Part shown: piece after piece, positions 28,944-38,910 of the stretch
Position numbering within the stretch: the stretch's first letter is position 1
Layout of the letters: the number at the start of each line of letters is the position of its first letter
Source: Polyangiales bacterium
Lineage (GTDB): Bacteria; Myxococcota_A; Polyangia; Polyangiales; Polyangiaceae
DNA: 64,000 bases
Assembly (NCBI GenBank): GCA_038210445.1
Contig: JBBQWQ010000021.1
Span: 53,681-117,680, forward strand
Direction: 5' to 3'
The notes under the pieces: model-generated
The model's input: the letters and a program-made list of their open reading frames with translations, nothing else
The model's database searches: none
What the model was told of the DNA's origin: nothing
Made by a program: the position numbers and the translations under genes

Positions 28944-29621
28944 TCAGCCGGGCGGCGGATAGTGCGTCGCCACGCACTCGAAGCGATGGCTGGCAGCCAC
29001 GTAGTCGCACACCCGTGACGGCGCACCCGGCGCGTTGCCGGATCCGCAGTCGCCGTCATCGGCGCAGGTGTCGCGCGAGGTGCGGCAGAACGAGCCTGCC
29101 GGCGGATGAAGCCGCCCGCCGGACATCCCCGCCAGGCCGCACACGTAGCCCGTCTCGCAGTCGGCGTTGCTCCGGCAGTTGTAGGGAATGCACGCGTTGC
29201 GGCCATCGGCGGCGCCGCCGCAGAAGCAACCGGTGCCCGCGGCGCAGTCGGCGTCCTTCTCGCACGCGTCGGCGGTGCACGCCTTGTGCGACATGCCGTG
29301 CCCCATGTACACGCTCCTGCAGCGCGGGTTCTTGCCTTTGGTGCATTCTGCATCTTTCTCGCAGGCATTGCTGGCCCCCGGGTGCAGCGGCTCCGGAGGC
29401 ACCGGCGACTGGGTATCGGTGGGCGGCACGATGCATTTGCCGTTCACCTGCGCGTAGAGCATTCCCAGCGCCGGCGGCGGCGCCTTCTCGCGCGCGCTCG
29501 CGGCGGAGGCGGAGGCGGTGGCCTTCGCCGAGGGCACGCTGCCCGGCTCCACATCGCCCACGCTCTTGCGACAACCGACAGAGAGAGCGAAGAGAAGAAG
29601 CGCGGAGCGCAGGCGGTGCAT
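28944..29621 (-). CDS. lipoprotein with myxobacterial-type Cys-rich repeats
   Basis: Lipobox LSVGC. More than 20 Cys with repeated CxxDA[DE]C units (CEKDAEC, CEKDADC, CRSNADC, CADDGDC). Confidence 0.6.
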   Translation of the reverse strand: MHRLRSALLLFALSVGCRKSVGDVEPGSVPSAKATASASAASAREKAPPPALGMLYAQVNGKCIVPPTDTQSPVPPEPLHPGASNACEKDAECTKGKNPRCRSVYMGHGMSHKACTADACEKDADCAAGTGCFCGGAADGRNACIPYNCRSNADCETGYVCGLAGMSGGRLHPPAGSFCRTSRDTCADDGDCGSGNAPGAPSRVCDYVAASHRFECVATHYPPPG

Positions 29622-29815
29622 GGCGCCAGCGTAGAGGAGATTGGTGTTGTTCGCCGATACCTTCGGGATTCCTTCGCCTCCCGTCGCTGACCTTCCGAAA
29701 TATGCGGCTGCCCATCTACGTGGATGCGGCAGCGGGAGACGGGATCGCGTTCAGCAAGGGGGGCCTCGCTAGGCAGAGCGCTCGGAAGACCCCGCAGATG
29801 GCGAGGACGCGATCG

Positions 29816-30655
29816 CTATTCGTCGACGATGACCGCGTCTCGCACCCCCGCCGCCGCGAGCAGGCCTTCCACGAGCCTGCGCAGCTTCTCGGGGTCGGTC
29901 GTCGCGACGTGGACGTCGACCCGCCCTTCGCCTGCGCCCGCGCTGATGATCTCGCCGAGCCCGCTCGCGCCGATCTTGTCCTCGAGCGCGTGCCTCGCGC
30001 GGAGCTCGCCGCTCGTGGGCAGCTCTGCGCCAGCGATGGAATACTGGATATGGACCTGCTTGCGCGAGCGCTTGCGCGGCCACTTCGCGAGCACCTCGCG
30101 GGTGCGCACGCGCGACCGATCCTCCAGGTCGACCAGCTCTGCTTCGGAGAAGTCCTTCCGCCAGCGGGCGTGGCGCGGATAGGGCGGCACGGTGTGCCCG
30201 GGAAGCAAGCGCTTGTCGATGTGCTTGGGGTCGCCGTAGTGGTCCCAGGGAAAGATTCCCCAGTAGCACTCGAGCTCCCCCTGCGTCATGAATCCCGTCG
30301 AGGAGGCGCCGTTCAACCCGAACGGGGTGAGATGACGGGCCACGTCGAAATTGTCGTACGAACGAAACGGACGATGACCCACCGCGTGCCATGCGCCATA
30401 CCGGATCATGTCATCGGTCGGCGATACGACCATCATCGGTGACGTCGGATCCGTGATGAGGTCGACCGCGAGGGACAGCACCGCCCCCGGTTCGAGCCTG
30501 CATGCGAAGAACGCGACGGCGATCTGCGCGATCGATCCCGATCGGTCGAGCTCGATCGCGCCGGCCAGCTGTCCGAGCGCGGCGCTGCCGTCGAGCAACG
30601 GCACCGCGAGGATGGTGCCGACAGGGGGAAGGCTGGTCTTGCGAGTTTTCGTCAT
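29816..30655 (-). CDS. hypothetical cytoplasmic protein (279 aa)
   Basis: Diverse composition with no signal peptide or TM segment. No family recognised. Confidence 0.45.
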   Translation of the reverse strand: MTKTRKTSLPPVGTILAVPLLDGSAALGQLAGAIELDRSGSIAQIAVAFFACRLEPGAVLSLAVDLITDPTSPMMVVSPTDDMIRYGAWHAVGHRPFRSYDNFDVARHLTPFGLNGASSTGFMTQGELECYWGIFPWDHYGDPKHIDKRLLPGHTVPPYPRHARWRKDFSEAELVDLEDRSRVRTREVLAKWPRKRSRKQVHIQYSIAGAELPTSGELRARHALEDKIGASGLGEIISAGAGEGRVDVHVATTDPEKLRRLVEGLLAAAGVRDAVIVDE

Positions 30656-30997
30656 TTGGGGACGCAGCCACCTGCGTTTGCGTAGTTGGTGTCACTCATC
30701 TCGTGGCGAGCATTTTCCAGGCGCCCGCCCAGGGTGGCTCGGGCGGGTCGGCCAGTGCATGGTAGAGCGATATTTCTGCATGCTGCCACACGACGGTGAT
30801 CGTGCGGATGCCCGCGAGCTTTCGCAAGGCGACGTTCTGCCCGCAGTCCCGATAGGACCGCTCGGGCTCCGGCTCGCGTTTTTCCGGTGCCGCGCGCCAG
30901 CGCCTGCCAGGAAGTTGGCTCCTTTCGCCCAGCTCCGTACGCTTTGCGCTGCGCAGAATGAGGGCGAATCCTCGGAGTGCGCACCTGGAGTCGACAC

Positions 30998-33004
30998 ATG
31001 GCGGAGAATCTTCCCCTTCTCATCATCCTCATCGTCATCGCGGTGCTCATCGTGTTCGGCACGCTGATCATGGTGGCGAGGTTCTATCGGCAGGTAGACC
31101 AAGGCCGCGCCCTCATCGTGAACACGATGCGCTCGGAGCCGGTCGTCACCTTCACCGGTGCGGTGGTTTACCCCATCGTCAACCGCGCCGAGCTCATGGA
31201 CATGTCGGTGAAGATGGTCGAGATCGACCGCCGCGGAAAGGAGGGGCTCATCTGCAAAGACAATATCCGCGCAGACATCAACGTGAGCTTCTTCATCCGC
31301 GTGAACAAGACCCAGGAAGACGTCCTCAAGGTGGCGCAATCGGTGGGCTGCGCCCGCGCCTCCGACGCGGTAGCCCTGCGCGAGCTCTTCAGCGCCAAGT
31401 TCTCCGAAGCCCTGAAGACCGTGGGCAAGCACTTCAACTTCGAAGACCTTTACAAGATGCGCGAAGAGTTCAAAGACCAGATCATCAAGGTCATCGGTCG
31501 CGACCTCAACGGCTTCATCCTCGACGACGCCGCCATCGACTTTCTCGAGCAGACGCCGCTCTCGTCGCTCGACCCCAACAACATCATGGACGCCGACGGT
31601 ATCCGCAAGATCACCGATCTCACGGTGATTCAGAACGTGCAGACCAACGAGCTCCGGCAAAAGGAGCGCATGGAGATCGGCAGCCAGAACCTCACCGCCG
31701 ACGAAGCGGTGTTCCGCTTCGAGCAGCGCCGGGCCGAGGCCGAGGCCAAGAAGGAACGCGAGATCGCCGTCGCCAAGACGCGCGAGCAGAACGAGGCCCA
31801 GCGCATCGCCTCCGACGAGCACAAGAAGACGCTCCTGGTGCAGCACAAAAACGACGAGGAATCGAGCATCGCCGACCAGGCGCGGGCACGCGGCATCGCG
31901 GTGGCCGAGAAGAACCGCGAGCGGGAAATCGCCGTAGAAACCGAGCGCGTCGAGAAGGCGCGGCAGCTCGAGGTCATCAACCGCGAGCGCGAAGTCACCC
32001 TCGGTACCATCGCCAAGGAGAAGGAAGTCGAGCTCCAGAAGAAGGAGATCGCCGACGCCATCCGCGCCCGTATCGCCGTCGACAAGACCGTCGCCACCGA
32101 GGAAGAGGCCATCAAGGATCTGCGCGCCAACTCCCAGGCCACCCGCGAGAAGGACGTTATTCGCATCGCCGCCGAGGCCGAGGCCCAGGGCTCGCTCGTC
32201 AAGCAGATCAAGGCCGCCGAGGCCAGCGAAGAGGCCGCCAAGTTCAAGGCCCGGGAGAAGATCGTCACCGCCGACGCCGAGCTCGACACCGCCGACAAGG
32301 TGGCGCGCGCGAAGATTCGCCTGGCCGAGGGCAAGCCGGCCGAGGCCGCCGCCGAGGGCCTGGCCAACGTGAAGGTGCGCGAAGCCGACGCCGTCGCCAC
32401 CGAGAAGCAGGGTCGCGCCGCCGCCAACGTGGTGCGCGAGAAGCTCCTGGCCGAAGCAGCAGGCGACGAGCAAAAGGGCCTCTCTGCAGCCCGGGTGAAG
32501 GAAGCGGAAGCCGCCGCCATCGAGAAGCGCGGCGCCGCCGACGCCTCCGCCACCCGGCAAAAGCTCTTGGCAGAAGCTGCGGGCATCGCCGAGAAGGCCT
32601 CGGCCATGAAGGCCCTCGACGAGGCCGGTCGCGGCCACGAAGAGTTCCGACTCCGGCTCGACAAAGAGAAGGTGGTGGAGCTCGAGTCCATCAGGAACCG
32701 GAAAGACATCGCCACCGCCCAGGCCGAGGTCATGAAAGAAGCCTTCAGCCACGCCAAGATCAACATCGTGGGCGGCGACGGGCAGTTCTTCGATCGCTTC
32801 ATCAAGGCCGTCTCGGTGGGTCAATCCATCGAGGGCGTCATGGACCACAGCGAGACCGTGCGCACGCTCGCGCAAGACGTGCTGGGCAAGGCCTCGGGCG
32901 ATCCCGCCATCGCCGGCCTGCTCTCGCAGTTCATGAGCCGGGCCGACGACGCCCAGAAGGCGCGCCTGCAGCAGCTTCTGAGCGCCGGCACGCCTACCAA
33001 GTAA
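30998..33004 (+). CDS. flotillin-like SPFH/Band-7 family protein (YqiK-like)
   Basis: ATG 30998 with an N-terminal TM segment (LPLLIILIVIAVLIVFGTLIMV), an SPFH domain and a long Ala/Glu/Lys-rich coiled-coil (EA repeats) typical of flotillins. The stop lies 5 nt upstream of the next start. Confidence 0.85.
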   Translation: MAENLPLLIILIVIAVLIVFGTLIMVARFYRQVDQGRALIVNTMRSEPVVTFTGAVVYPIVNRAELMDMSVKMVEIDRRGKEGLICKDNIRADINVSFFIRVNKTQEDVLKVAQSVGCARASDAVALRELFSAKFSEALKTVGKHFNFEDLYKMREEFKDQIIKVIGRDLNGFILDDAAIDFLEQTPLSSLDPNNIMDADGIRKITDLTVIQNVQTNELRQKERMEIGSQNLTADEAVFRFEQRRAEAEAKKEREIAVAKTREQNEAQRIASDEHKKTLLVQHKNDEESSIADQARARGIAVAEKNREREIAVETERVEKARQLEVINREREVTLGTIAKEKEVELQKKEIADAIRARIAVDKTVATEEEAIKDLRANSQATREKDVIRIAAEAEAQGSLVKQIKAAEASEEAAKFKAREKIVTADAELDTADKVARAKIRLAEGKPAEAAAEGLANVKVREADAVATEKQGRAAANVVREKLLAEAAGDEQKGLSAARVKEAEAAAIEKRGAADASATRQKLLAEAAGIAEKASAMKALDEAGRGHEEFRLRLDKEKVVELESIRNRKDIATAQAEVMKEAFSHAKINIVGGDGQFFDRFIKAVSVGQSIEGVMDHSETVRTLAQDVLGKASGDPAIAGLLSQFMSRADDAQKARLQQLLSAGTPTK

Positions 33005-33009
33005 CGTAA

Positions 33010-36000
33010 ATGACGGACCAGCCCAAGGAGACGCTCGAGGGCGGCAACTACGAGATCATTCGTAGGCGCCTTCTGGAGCAAGCGGCGGAGATTGGCACCA
33101 AGGCCGAGGCGCTGAACCAGAAGCGCAAGACGGTGTTCGGGGGCACCGAGCTCGGCCTGGTCGCCAACGAGCGGGCCCGCACCGAGAACAACTGCATTCC
33201 CCGCGACATGGTCAGCGTCGCAGGGCACTTGCTGTTCGGCTTCGAGGTCTTCATGGGCCTCAAGGAAGAGGTGAAGGTCTCCGACGTTCTCACCTTCCAT
33301 CGCTTCGGCAAAACGGCCGAGGGTTACGAGATCGCCGAGGTCCCGCCCGAGGCTCCCGCCCCTGGCGCGACCGGCGAGCGGCCCCTCGCCTTCCTCGCCG
33401 ACGCGACCTTCGTGAAGGAGTTCAAAGACGTCTTTCGCTACATGAAAGATGCCCGGCTCTCGCAGCTGCGGCGCACCGAGACGCGCCTGTTGTGCAGCGT
33501 GCAAGTCGGCGCCAGCGTGAAAGACGTAAAGGTCTTCCGCTGGGCCATCGACGCCAAAGGCGGCGTCTCGTACATGGATGCCCGCGGCGACGAGGACTAC
33601 GCGCCGCCGCGATCGCACGACTTTGCCTGGACCGCGACCGGTCGCGAGAACCAGGTGGCCGGCAAGTTCCCCCATATCTCGGTACTCAACGAGGTATTCG
33701 TCGAGACCCTGGGTGGCGATCTCACCATCAAGGTGGAGAACAACACCAAGGAGGGTCAGGGCATTTACCGCGAGCCGGTCGACGACCCCAACCAGACGCT
33801 CGACGACGCCGACATCGCCTACGCCAAGGTCGGCTCACTCATCCTGCTCAAGATTCGGCCCTTCCGCGAACAGGCCTATCGATACCTCGTGTATGATACA
33901 CGCAACAAGCGAGTCACCCGCATCGATGCCATCGGCCGGGCCTGCCTCGGTCTTCCCGAAGGGCACGGAATCGTGTTCCCGGGCGGCGTGTACCTCGACA
34001 GCGGCGAGCGCAAGGTGTTCGAGGGCGACGTCGCCGACATGGAGTTCGAGCGGGTCATTCCCTCGCCCAATGGCGAAGACGTGGCGTACGTGTTCTACCG
34101 CCACCACGACGGCCAGTACGTCATCATGCCGTACAACCTCATCCGCAAAGAGGCCGACTCGCCCATGCGGTGCAACGGCTACAGCCTCTTTCCCGATGGC
34201 ACGCTCGCCATCTTTCGCGCCTCGGCCGAGGCCACGCGCATTCACCCCATTCAGGTGTGGCGCACGCCCTTTACCACCGCCGAGTTCGCCGCCGGCGCCA
34301 AGACCGACGGCTCCTACCTGGCCAAGGTCGGCAATGCCGACTTGGTGCGCGGCATCAGCGACGCGCTGGCCCTCCGGCGCCTGGCCAGCAAGGAAGACCC
34401 TTCACGCCAGACCTACGAAGACGTGGTGCGCGGCATCGGTCGCCTCATCGACGCCTACTACTGGCTCGGCAACGACGAGGCCGGCAACCTGCTCGCCACG
34501 CTGCAGACGCTGAAGAAGACCTCCGAGCTCATCATCGACGAGTTCGAGAAGCTGGCCGAGATTCGCAAGCGCGCCGCCGAGCAAACCGCCAAATCGGAGG
34601 CCGCCCTCGCGGAGCTCGAGAAGCGCCTGGCGCCAGACGGCCTCGGAAGCATCGACGCATTCCTGGGCGCGCTCACCGATCTCCGGCGCTTTCGCGGCGA
34701 GCTGGTGACGCTGCGCGAGCTTCGCGGGGTGGAGCCCCCACGCATCGACGCGCTAGAAGGCAAGGCGGTGGCGCTCTTCGACGCCGTCAGCGCAGCCTGC
34801 GTGAAGTTCCTTTTGGCGCGCGACGCCTTCGCCGACCTGGTCACGCGCCTCGACGGCAGCATCGTGGCCATCGAGAAGGTGGTAAAAGCCAGCGAGCTGC
34901 TGCCCTTCGAGAAGGATCTCGACACGGTGCAGACCGGCCTCACCCTGCTGGGCGACGTGGTCTCTGCGCTGGCCATCGACGACGTCACCGAGCGCACCAA
35001 GATCCTCGAAGGTGTCAGCGCGGCTTTCGCCCAACTCAATCGCGCGCGCGCCACCTTCCAGGCGCGCAAGAAGGAGCTCTCCTCCAAAGAGGGCAAGGCC
35101 GAGTTCGGTGTACAGTTCAGGCTCTTCGGCCAGGCGGTCGCCGGCGCCCTCGCGGTGTGCGACACCCCCGAGCGCTGCGATCAGGAGCTCTCCAAGCTGC
35201 TCCTCTCGCTCGAGGAGCTCGAGGGAAAGTTCGCCCAGTTCGACGAGTTTGCGCTGGAGCTGGCCGACAAGCGCCAGGAAGTGCAAGACGCTGTCTCTGC
35301 CCGCCGCCAGCTCCTCACCGACGAGCGCCAGAAGCGCGCCGGCAACCTGGCGCAGGCCGCCGACCGCGTACTGGCCGGAGTGGTGCGGCGCGCGCAAACC
35401 TTCGCGACCCAAGACGACCTGAATGCCTACTTCGCCTCCGACCCCAGCATCCAGAAGGTGCAGGAGCTGCAGAAGGAGCTGGGGCGCATGGGCGACACCG
35501 TGCGCGCCGACGAGATCGCCTCGCGGCTCAAATCGGCGCGGCAAGACTCACAGCGGGCGCTCCGCGACAAGACCGATCTCTTCGCCGAAGGTGCCATTCG
35601 CTTCGGCGCGCACCGTTTTAGCGTGAACACCCAGCCCATGGAGCTGACGCTCATTCCCCGCGAGGGGACCATGATGCTGCACCTCACGGGCACGGACTTC
35701 TACGAGACCCTAGACGACGCCGAGCTCGCTGCAGCCAAAGATCTGTGGGAGCAAGCGTTGCCCTCGGAGTCGCCCGCCGTGTACCGTGGCGAGTTCCTGG
35801 CGACGCAGATCTTCGCCGCCGCCGAGACCAAGCGCCAAGGGCTCACCTTCGAGGCGCTCAAGCTCGCCGGCACCAAGACCGACGGCCTCCTCGACGCCGT
35901 GCGCGAATTCGCCCGTGACCGCATCGACGAGGGCTACGAGCGCGGCGTTCACGACTTCGACGCATCGCTGGTTTTGGAGCGACTGCTCTCGCTCCGCGAA

Positions 36001-38571
36001 ACCGTCGGGCTCCTGCGCTTTTCGCCCGACGCCCGGGCCCAGGCCACGCTCCACTGGCTCGCGCTGGCCGAAGCCGAGCAAATAGGCCTTCGGCGCAAGG
36101 CCCGCGCCGCCGTGCGCATCCGCGAGGAGCTGGGCGACAGCGACCATCTCGTGCATCTTACAGGTACCCTGGGCGAGGCCATGGCTGGCCGAACCGCCGG
36201 AAGCGCGCTGGCGATGATCCCGGCCGCCGCCCGCGCCGCCTCTGAATACCTGATTCTGGAGCTTTCGCGCGAGCCCTTGCGCTTCACCACCACCCGCGAA
36301 GCGGTGGAGCTGGTGGGCGCCCTTCGCCGCGAGCTTACCGCCCTTGGGAGCCAGCGCGAGGTAGAGGCCGATCTCGACGCACTCGGCCCCCACGAGGCCC
36401 TGCCCATCGCCCGCGCCTACCTCGAAGGCTTTTTGAAGAAGCCCGAGCGCGCTGCCCTGCGCCCCTTTTTGCTGGAGGCCGCCGTGGCGTGGACCACCGA
36501 GGGCAGGCTCGACCGCGACGAGAGCGCGGCGGTCACGCGGGTTCAGGTCACAGGCCTTCTGGGTCGTCACGCGCGCATCGAGGACCGCAAGCTCGAGGTC
36601 TCGCTCGACGAGCTCTTGCCCCGGGTCGATGCCTTCATCAGCGAGCAACTGCCGCGCTTTCGCGCCTACCGCAAGCTTCGCACCGAGATTCTCGAGCGCG
36701 AGAAGGCCCGACTGCGCATCACCGAGTTCGCGCCGCGGGTGCTCACCTCGTTCGTGCGCAATCGCCTCATCGACGAGGTGTACTTGCCACTCATCGGCGC
36801 CAACCTGGCCAAGCAGATTGGCGACGTCTCCGAGAAGAAGCGCACCGACTTGATGGGCATGCTCCTGCTCATCTCACCGCCCGGGTACGGCAAGACCACG
36901 CTCATGGAGTACGTGGCTTCGAAGCTCGGCCTGGTGTTCATGAAGGTGAACGGCCCGGCCCTGGGCCACGACGTCACCTCGCTCGATCCGGCGGAGGCCA
37001 AGAACGCCACCGCGCGCCAGGAGGTGGAGAAGATCAGCCTCGCCCTGGAGATGGGCAACAACGTGATGCTGTATCTAGACGATATTCAGCACACCAGCGC
37101 CGAGCTCCTGCAAAAGTTCATTTCCCTGTGCGACGCCCAGCGGCGCATCGAGGGCGTGTGGAAGGGCAAGACCCGCACCTACGATCTTCGCGGCAAGAAA
37201 TTCTGCATCGTCATGGCCGGCAATCCGTATACCGAGTCGGGCGAGCGATTCCGCATTCCCGACATGCTGGCCAACCGCGCCGACACCTACAACCTGGGCG
37301 ATATTCTCGGCGGCAAGGAAGACATCTTCGCGCTCTCCTACCTGGAGAACGCCCTCACCTCGAGCTCCATCCTGGCGCCGCTGGCTGGCCGCGAGCCAAA
37401 AGACGTGCACAAGCTCATTCGCCTGGCGCAAGGCGAGGAAGTGCCGCTCACCGATCTCTCGCACGGGTATTCGGGCGCCGAGGTAGAGGACTTTACCGCG
37501 GTGTTCCAGCGGCTCTTCACCGTGCAGACCACCCTGCTCCAGGTGAATCGCGAGTACATCGCCTCGGCCTCGCAAGACGACAGCTACCGCACCGAGCCAC
37601 CCTTCAAGCTACAGGGCAGCTACCGCAACATGAACAAACTGGCCGAGAAAGTGGTGCCGGCCATGAACCAGGAAGAGCTCCTGCGGCTCATCGACGATCA
37701 CTACAAGGGCGAATCGCAGACGCTGACCACCAGCGCCGAGCAGAACGTGCTCAAGCTCGCCGAGATGCGCGGGCGCATCGCCCCCGAGCAGCAGCAGCGC
37801 TGGAAGGCCATCAAGGAAGAGTTCCTGCGCAAGAAGCGCATGGGCGGCAAAGACGACGATCCCGTGGCCCGCGTCACCGGCACCCTGAGCGGCCTCGATT
37901 CGCAGCTCCAGGGCATTGGCGAGACCCTCAAGCGCGGCCTGGGCGACGAAGCGCGCACCCCCGACTGGGGCGGCCTCCTCGACAAGGTGCAGGCTACACT
38001 CTCTCGCATGCAGGCCCCGCGGGTAGACCTTCATCTGGAGAGCGGCGGCGCAGCCGAGCTCACCGCGGTGGTGGCCGAGCATACTGCGCTTCTTTCGCAG
38101 GTCATCACCGCCTTGGCCAAGGGGCCCAGTCAAGTTCCGCAAGCGGGCGGCGGCGGGCACGAAGTGGCGGCGCGCATCGAAGATCTGGCGCGCATCCTCG
38201 AGCGCATGGAGCAAAAGCTCCGGGCCCCATCGGGCAGTAGCCTTTCCTACGAGGTCGCCCTCGACGCCGGCAGCCCCAGCAACTTCTTCCGCGGCTTCGA
38301 GGGCAACGACGTCATCGCCCACGGCGGCCTCTTCGTGGCCACCTACGAAAGGCTGCCGCCCCTGGGCGCCCGCGCCACCGCGCGCCTCGCCTTCCCCGGC
38401 GGCGCCAACTGCGACGTGGAGGGCACCGTGCTCTTCCGTCAGGATCTGGTCGACGACGAAGGCGCCAGCCTGGTGCCCGGCTTCGGACTTCGCATCGAGA
38501 ACGTCACCACCGATGGCGCCGCGCTCATCGCCGTATTCGCCCGCCAGCGCGAGCCCATGGTGCGCGAGTAG
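33010..38571 (+). CDS. giant (1853 aa) multidomain protein: N-terminal globular region, ~700-aa coiled-coil, single MoxR-like AAA+ ATPase module, C-terminal PilZ-like beta-barrel
   Basis: Uninterrupted ORF with high GC3 throughout. Walker A ISPPGYGKTT (about aa 1290, nt 36880-36900), Walker B VMLYLDDIQ, and a MoxR/AAA_5-like segment AGNPYTESGERFRIPDMLANRADTY. The C-terminal PilZ-like pattern is NDVIAHGGLFV...EGTVLFRQ...PGFGLRIENV...ALIAVF. Confidence 0.8.
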   Translation: MTDQPKETLEGGNYEIIRRRLLEQAAEIGTKAEALNQKRKTVFGGTELGLVANERARTENNCIPRDMVSVAGHLLFGFEVFMGLKEEVKVSDVLTFHRFGKTAEGYEIAEVPPEAPAPGATGERPLAFLADATFVKEFKDVFRYMKDARLSQLRRTETRLLCSVQVGASVKDVKVFRWAIDAKGGVSYMDARGDEDYAPPRSHDFAWTATGRENQVAGKFPHISVLNEVFVETLGGDLTIKVENNTKEGQGIYREPVDDPNQTLDDADIAYAKVGSLILLKIRPFREQAYRYLVYDTRNKRVTRIDAIGRACLGLPEGHGIVFPGGVYLDSGERKVFEGDVADMEFERVIPSPNGEDVAYVFYRHHDGQYVIMPYNLIRKEADSPMRCNGYSLFPDGTLAIFRASAEATRIHPIQVWRTPFTTAEFAAGAKTDGSYLAKVGNADLVRGISDALALRRLASKEDPSRQTYEDVVRGIGRLIDAYYWLGNDEAGNLLATLQTLKKTSELIIDEFEKLAEIRKRAAEQTAKSEAALAELEKRLAPDGLGSIDAFLGALTDLRRFRGELVTLRELRGVEPPRIDALEGKAVALFDAVSAACVKFLLARDAFADLVTRLDGSIVAIEKVVKASELLPFEKDLDTVQTGLTLLGDVVSALAIDDVTERTKILEGVSAAFAQLNRARATFQARKKELSSKEGKAEFGVQFRLFGQAVAGALAVCDTPERCDQELSKLLLSLEELEGKFAQFDEFALELADKRQEVQDAVSARRQLLTDERQKRAGNLAQAADRVLAGVVRRAQTFATQDDLNAYFASDPSIQKVQELQKELGRMGDTVRADEIASRLKSARQDSQRALRDKTDLFAEGAIRFGAHRFSVNTQPMELTLIPREGTMMLHLTGTDFYETLDDAELAAAKDLWEQALPSESPAVYRGEFLATQIFAAAETKRQGLTFEALKLAGTKTDGLLDAVREFARDRIDEGYERGVHDFDASLVLERLLSLRETVGLLRFSPDARAQATLHWLALAEAEQIGLRRKARAAVRIREELGDSDHLVHLTGTLGEAMAGRTAGSALAMIPAAARAASEYLILELSREPLRFTTTREAVELVGALRRELTALGSQREVEADLDALGPHEALPIARAYLEGFLKKPERAALRPFLLEAAVAWTTEGRLDRDESAAVTRVQVTGLLGRHARIEDRKLEVSLDELLPRVDAFISEQLPRFRAYRKLRTEILEREKARLRITEFAPRVLTSFVRNRLIDEVYLPLIGANLAKQIGDVSEKKRTDLMGMLLLISPPGYGKTTLMEYVASKLGLVFMKVNGPALGHDVTSLDPAEAKNATARQEVEKISLALEMGNNVMLYLDDIQHTSAELLQKFISLCDAQRRIEGVWKGKTRTYDLRGKKFCIVMAGNPYTESGERFRIPDMLANRADTYNLGDILGGKEDIFALSYLENALTSSSILAPLAGREPKDVHKLIRLAQGEEVPLTDLSHGYSGAEVEDFTAVFQRLFTVQTTLLQVNREYIASASQDDSYRTEPPFKLQGSYRNMNKLAEKVVPAMNQEELLRLIDDHYKGESQTLTTSAEQNVLKLAEMRGRIAPEQQQRWKAIKEEFLRKKRMGGKDDDPVARVTGTLSGLDSQLQGIGETLKRGLGDEARTPDWGGLLDKVQATLSRMQAPRVDLHLESGGAAELTAVVAEHTALLSQVITALAKGPSQVPQAGGGGHEVAARIEDLARILERMEQKLRAPSGSSLSYEVALDAGSPSNFFRGFEGNDVIAHGGLFVATYERLPPLGARATARLAFPGGANCDVEGTVLFRQDLVDDEGASLVPGFGLRIENVTTDGAALIAVFARQREPMVRE

Positions 38572-38910
38572 GCTAGTTCTACTGGGAGAGGTGCGCGTCC
38601 AAGTCGCATGTACGTTTCAGTCGCAGCGCGGCAGCGAGACCGAAGCGGCGAGGCCGCCGGAATTCGTGGAAGGCCAAGGCATTGCCGTGTGGCGTGATGG
38701 CCAACGCGGCGCCGCCGCAGCCCTGAGCTGAGTGCGAGCGGCGGGTCGCGACGGTCAAAACGTGTCCGTTGAAGCGGACGGTGATTCCTCGAGGTCTCTC
38801 CGTATCGGGGCAGACGGCTCCTGCGCGGCCACGGCGGCAGACGCCAGAGCCATGCGAATCACAATTGAGGACCCGCCTTCTCCCTGACGGATGCAGCGCT
38901 TTCGTAGTGG

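Noticed and set aside
30656-30997. Sigma-54 -24/-12 promoter (TGGCAC-N5-TTGC) upstream of flotillin and elsewhere
   Set aside because: Several GG..GC-containing stretches were inspected, for example ttggctcctttcgcc, but the spacing was 8 rather than 10 nt. No convincing match was found without a computational scan.
33010-38571. Possibility that the giant AAA+ protein is an anti-phage defence or restriction component
   Set aside because: No nuclease, helicase, methyltransferase or other defence-associated domains are visible. The neighbourhood is housekeeping or chromosomal with no mobile-element signatures. It is kept as a membrane/flotillin-associated candidate instead.
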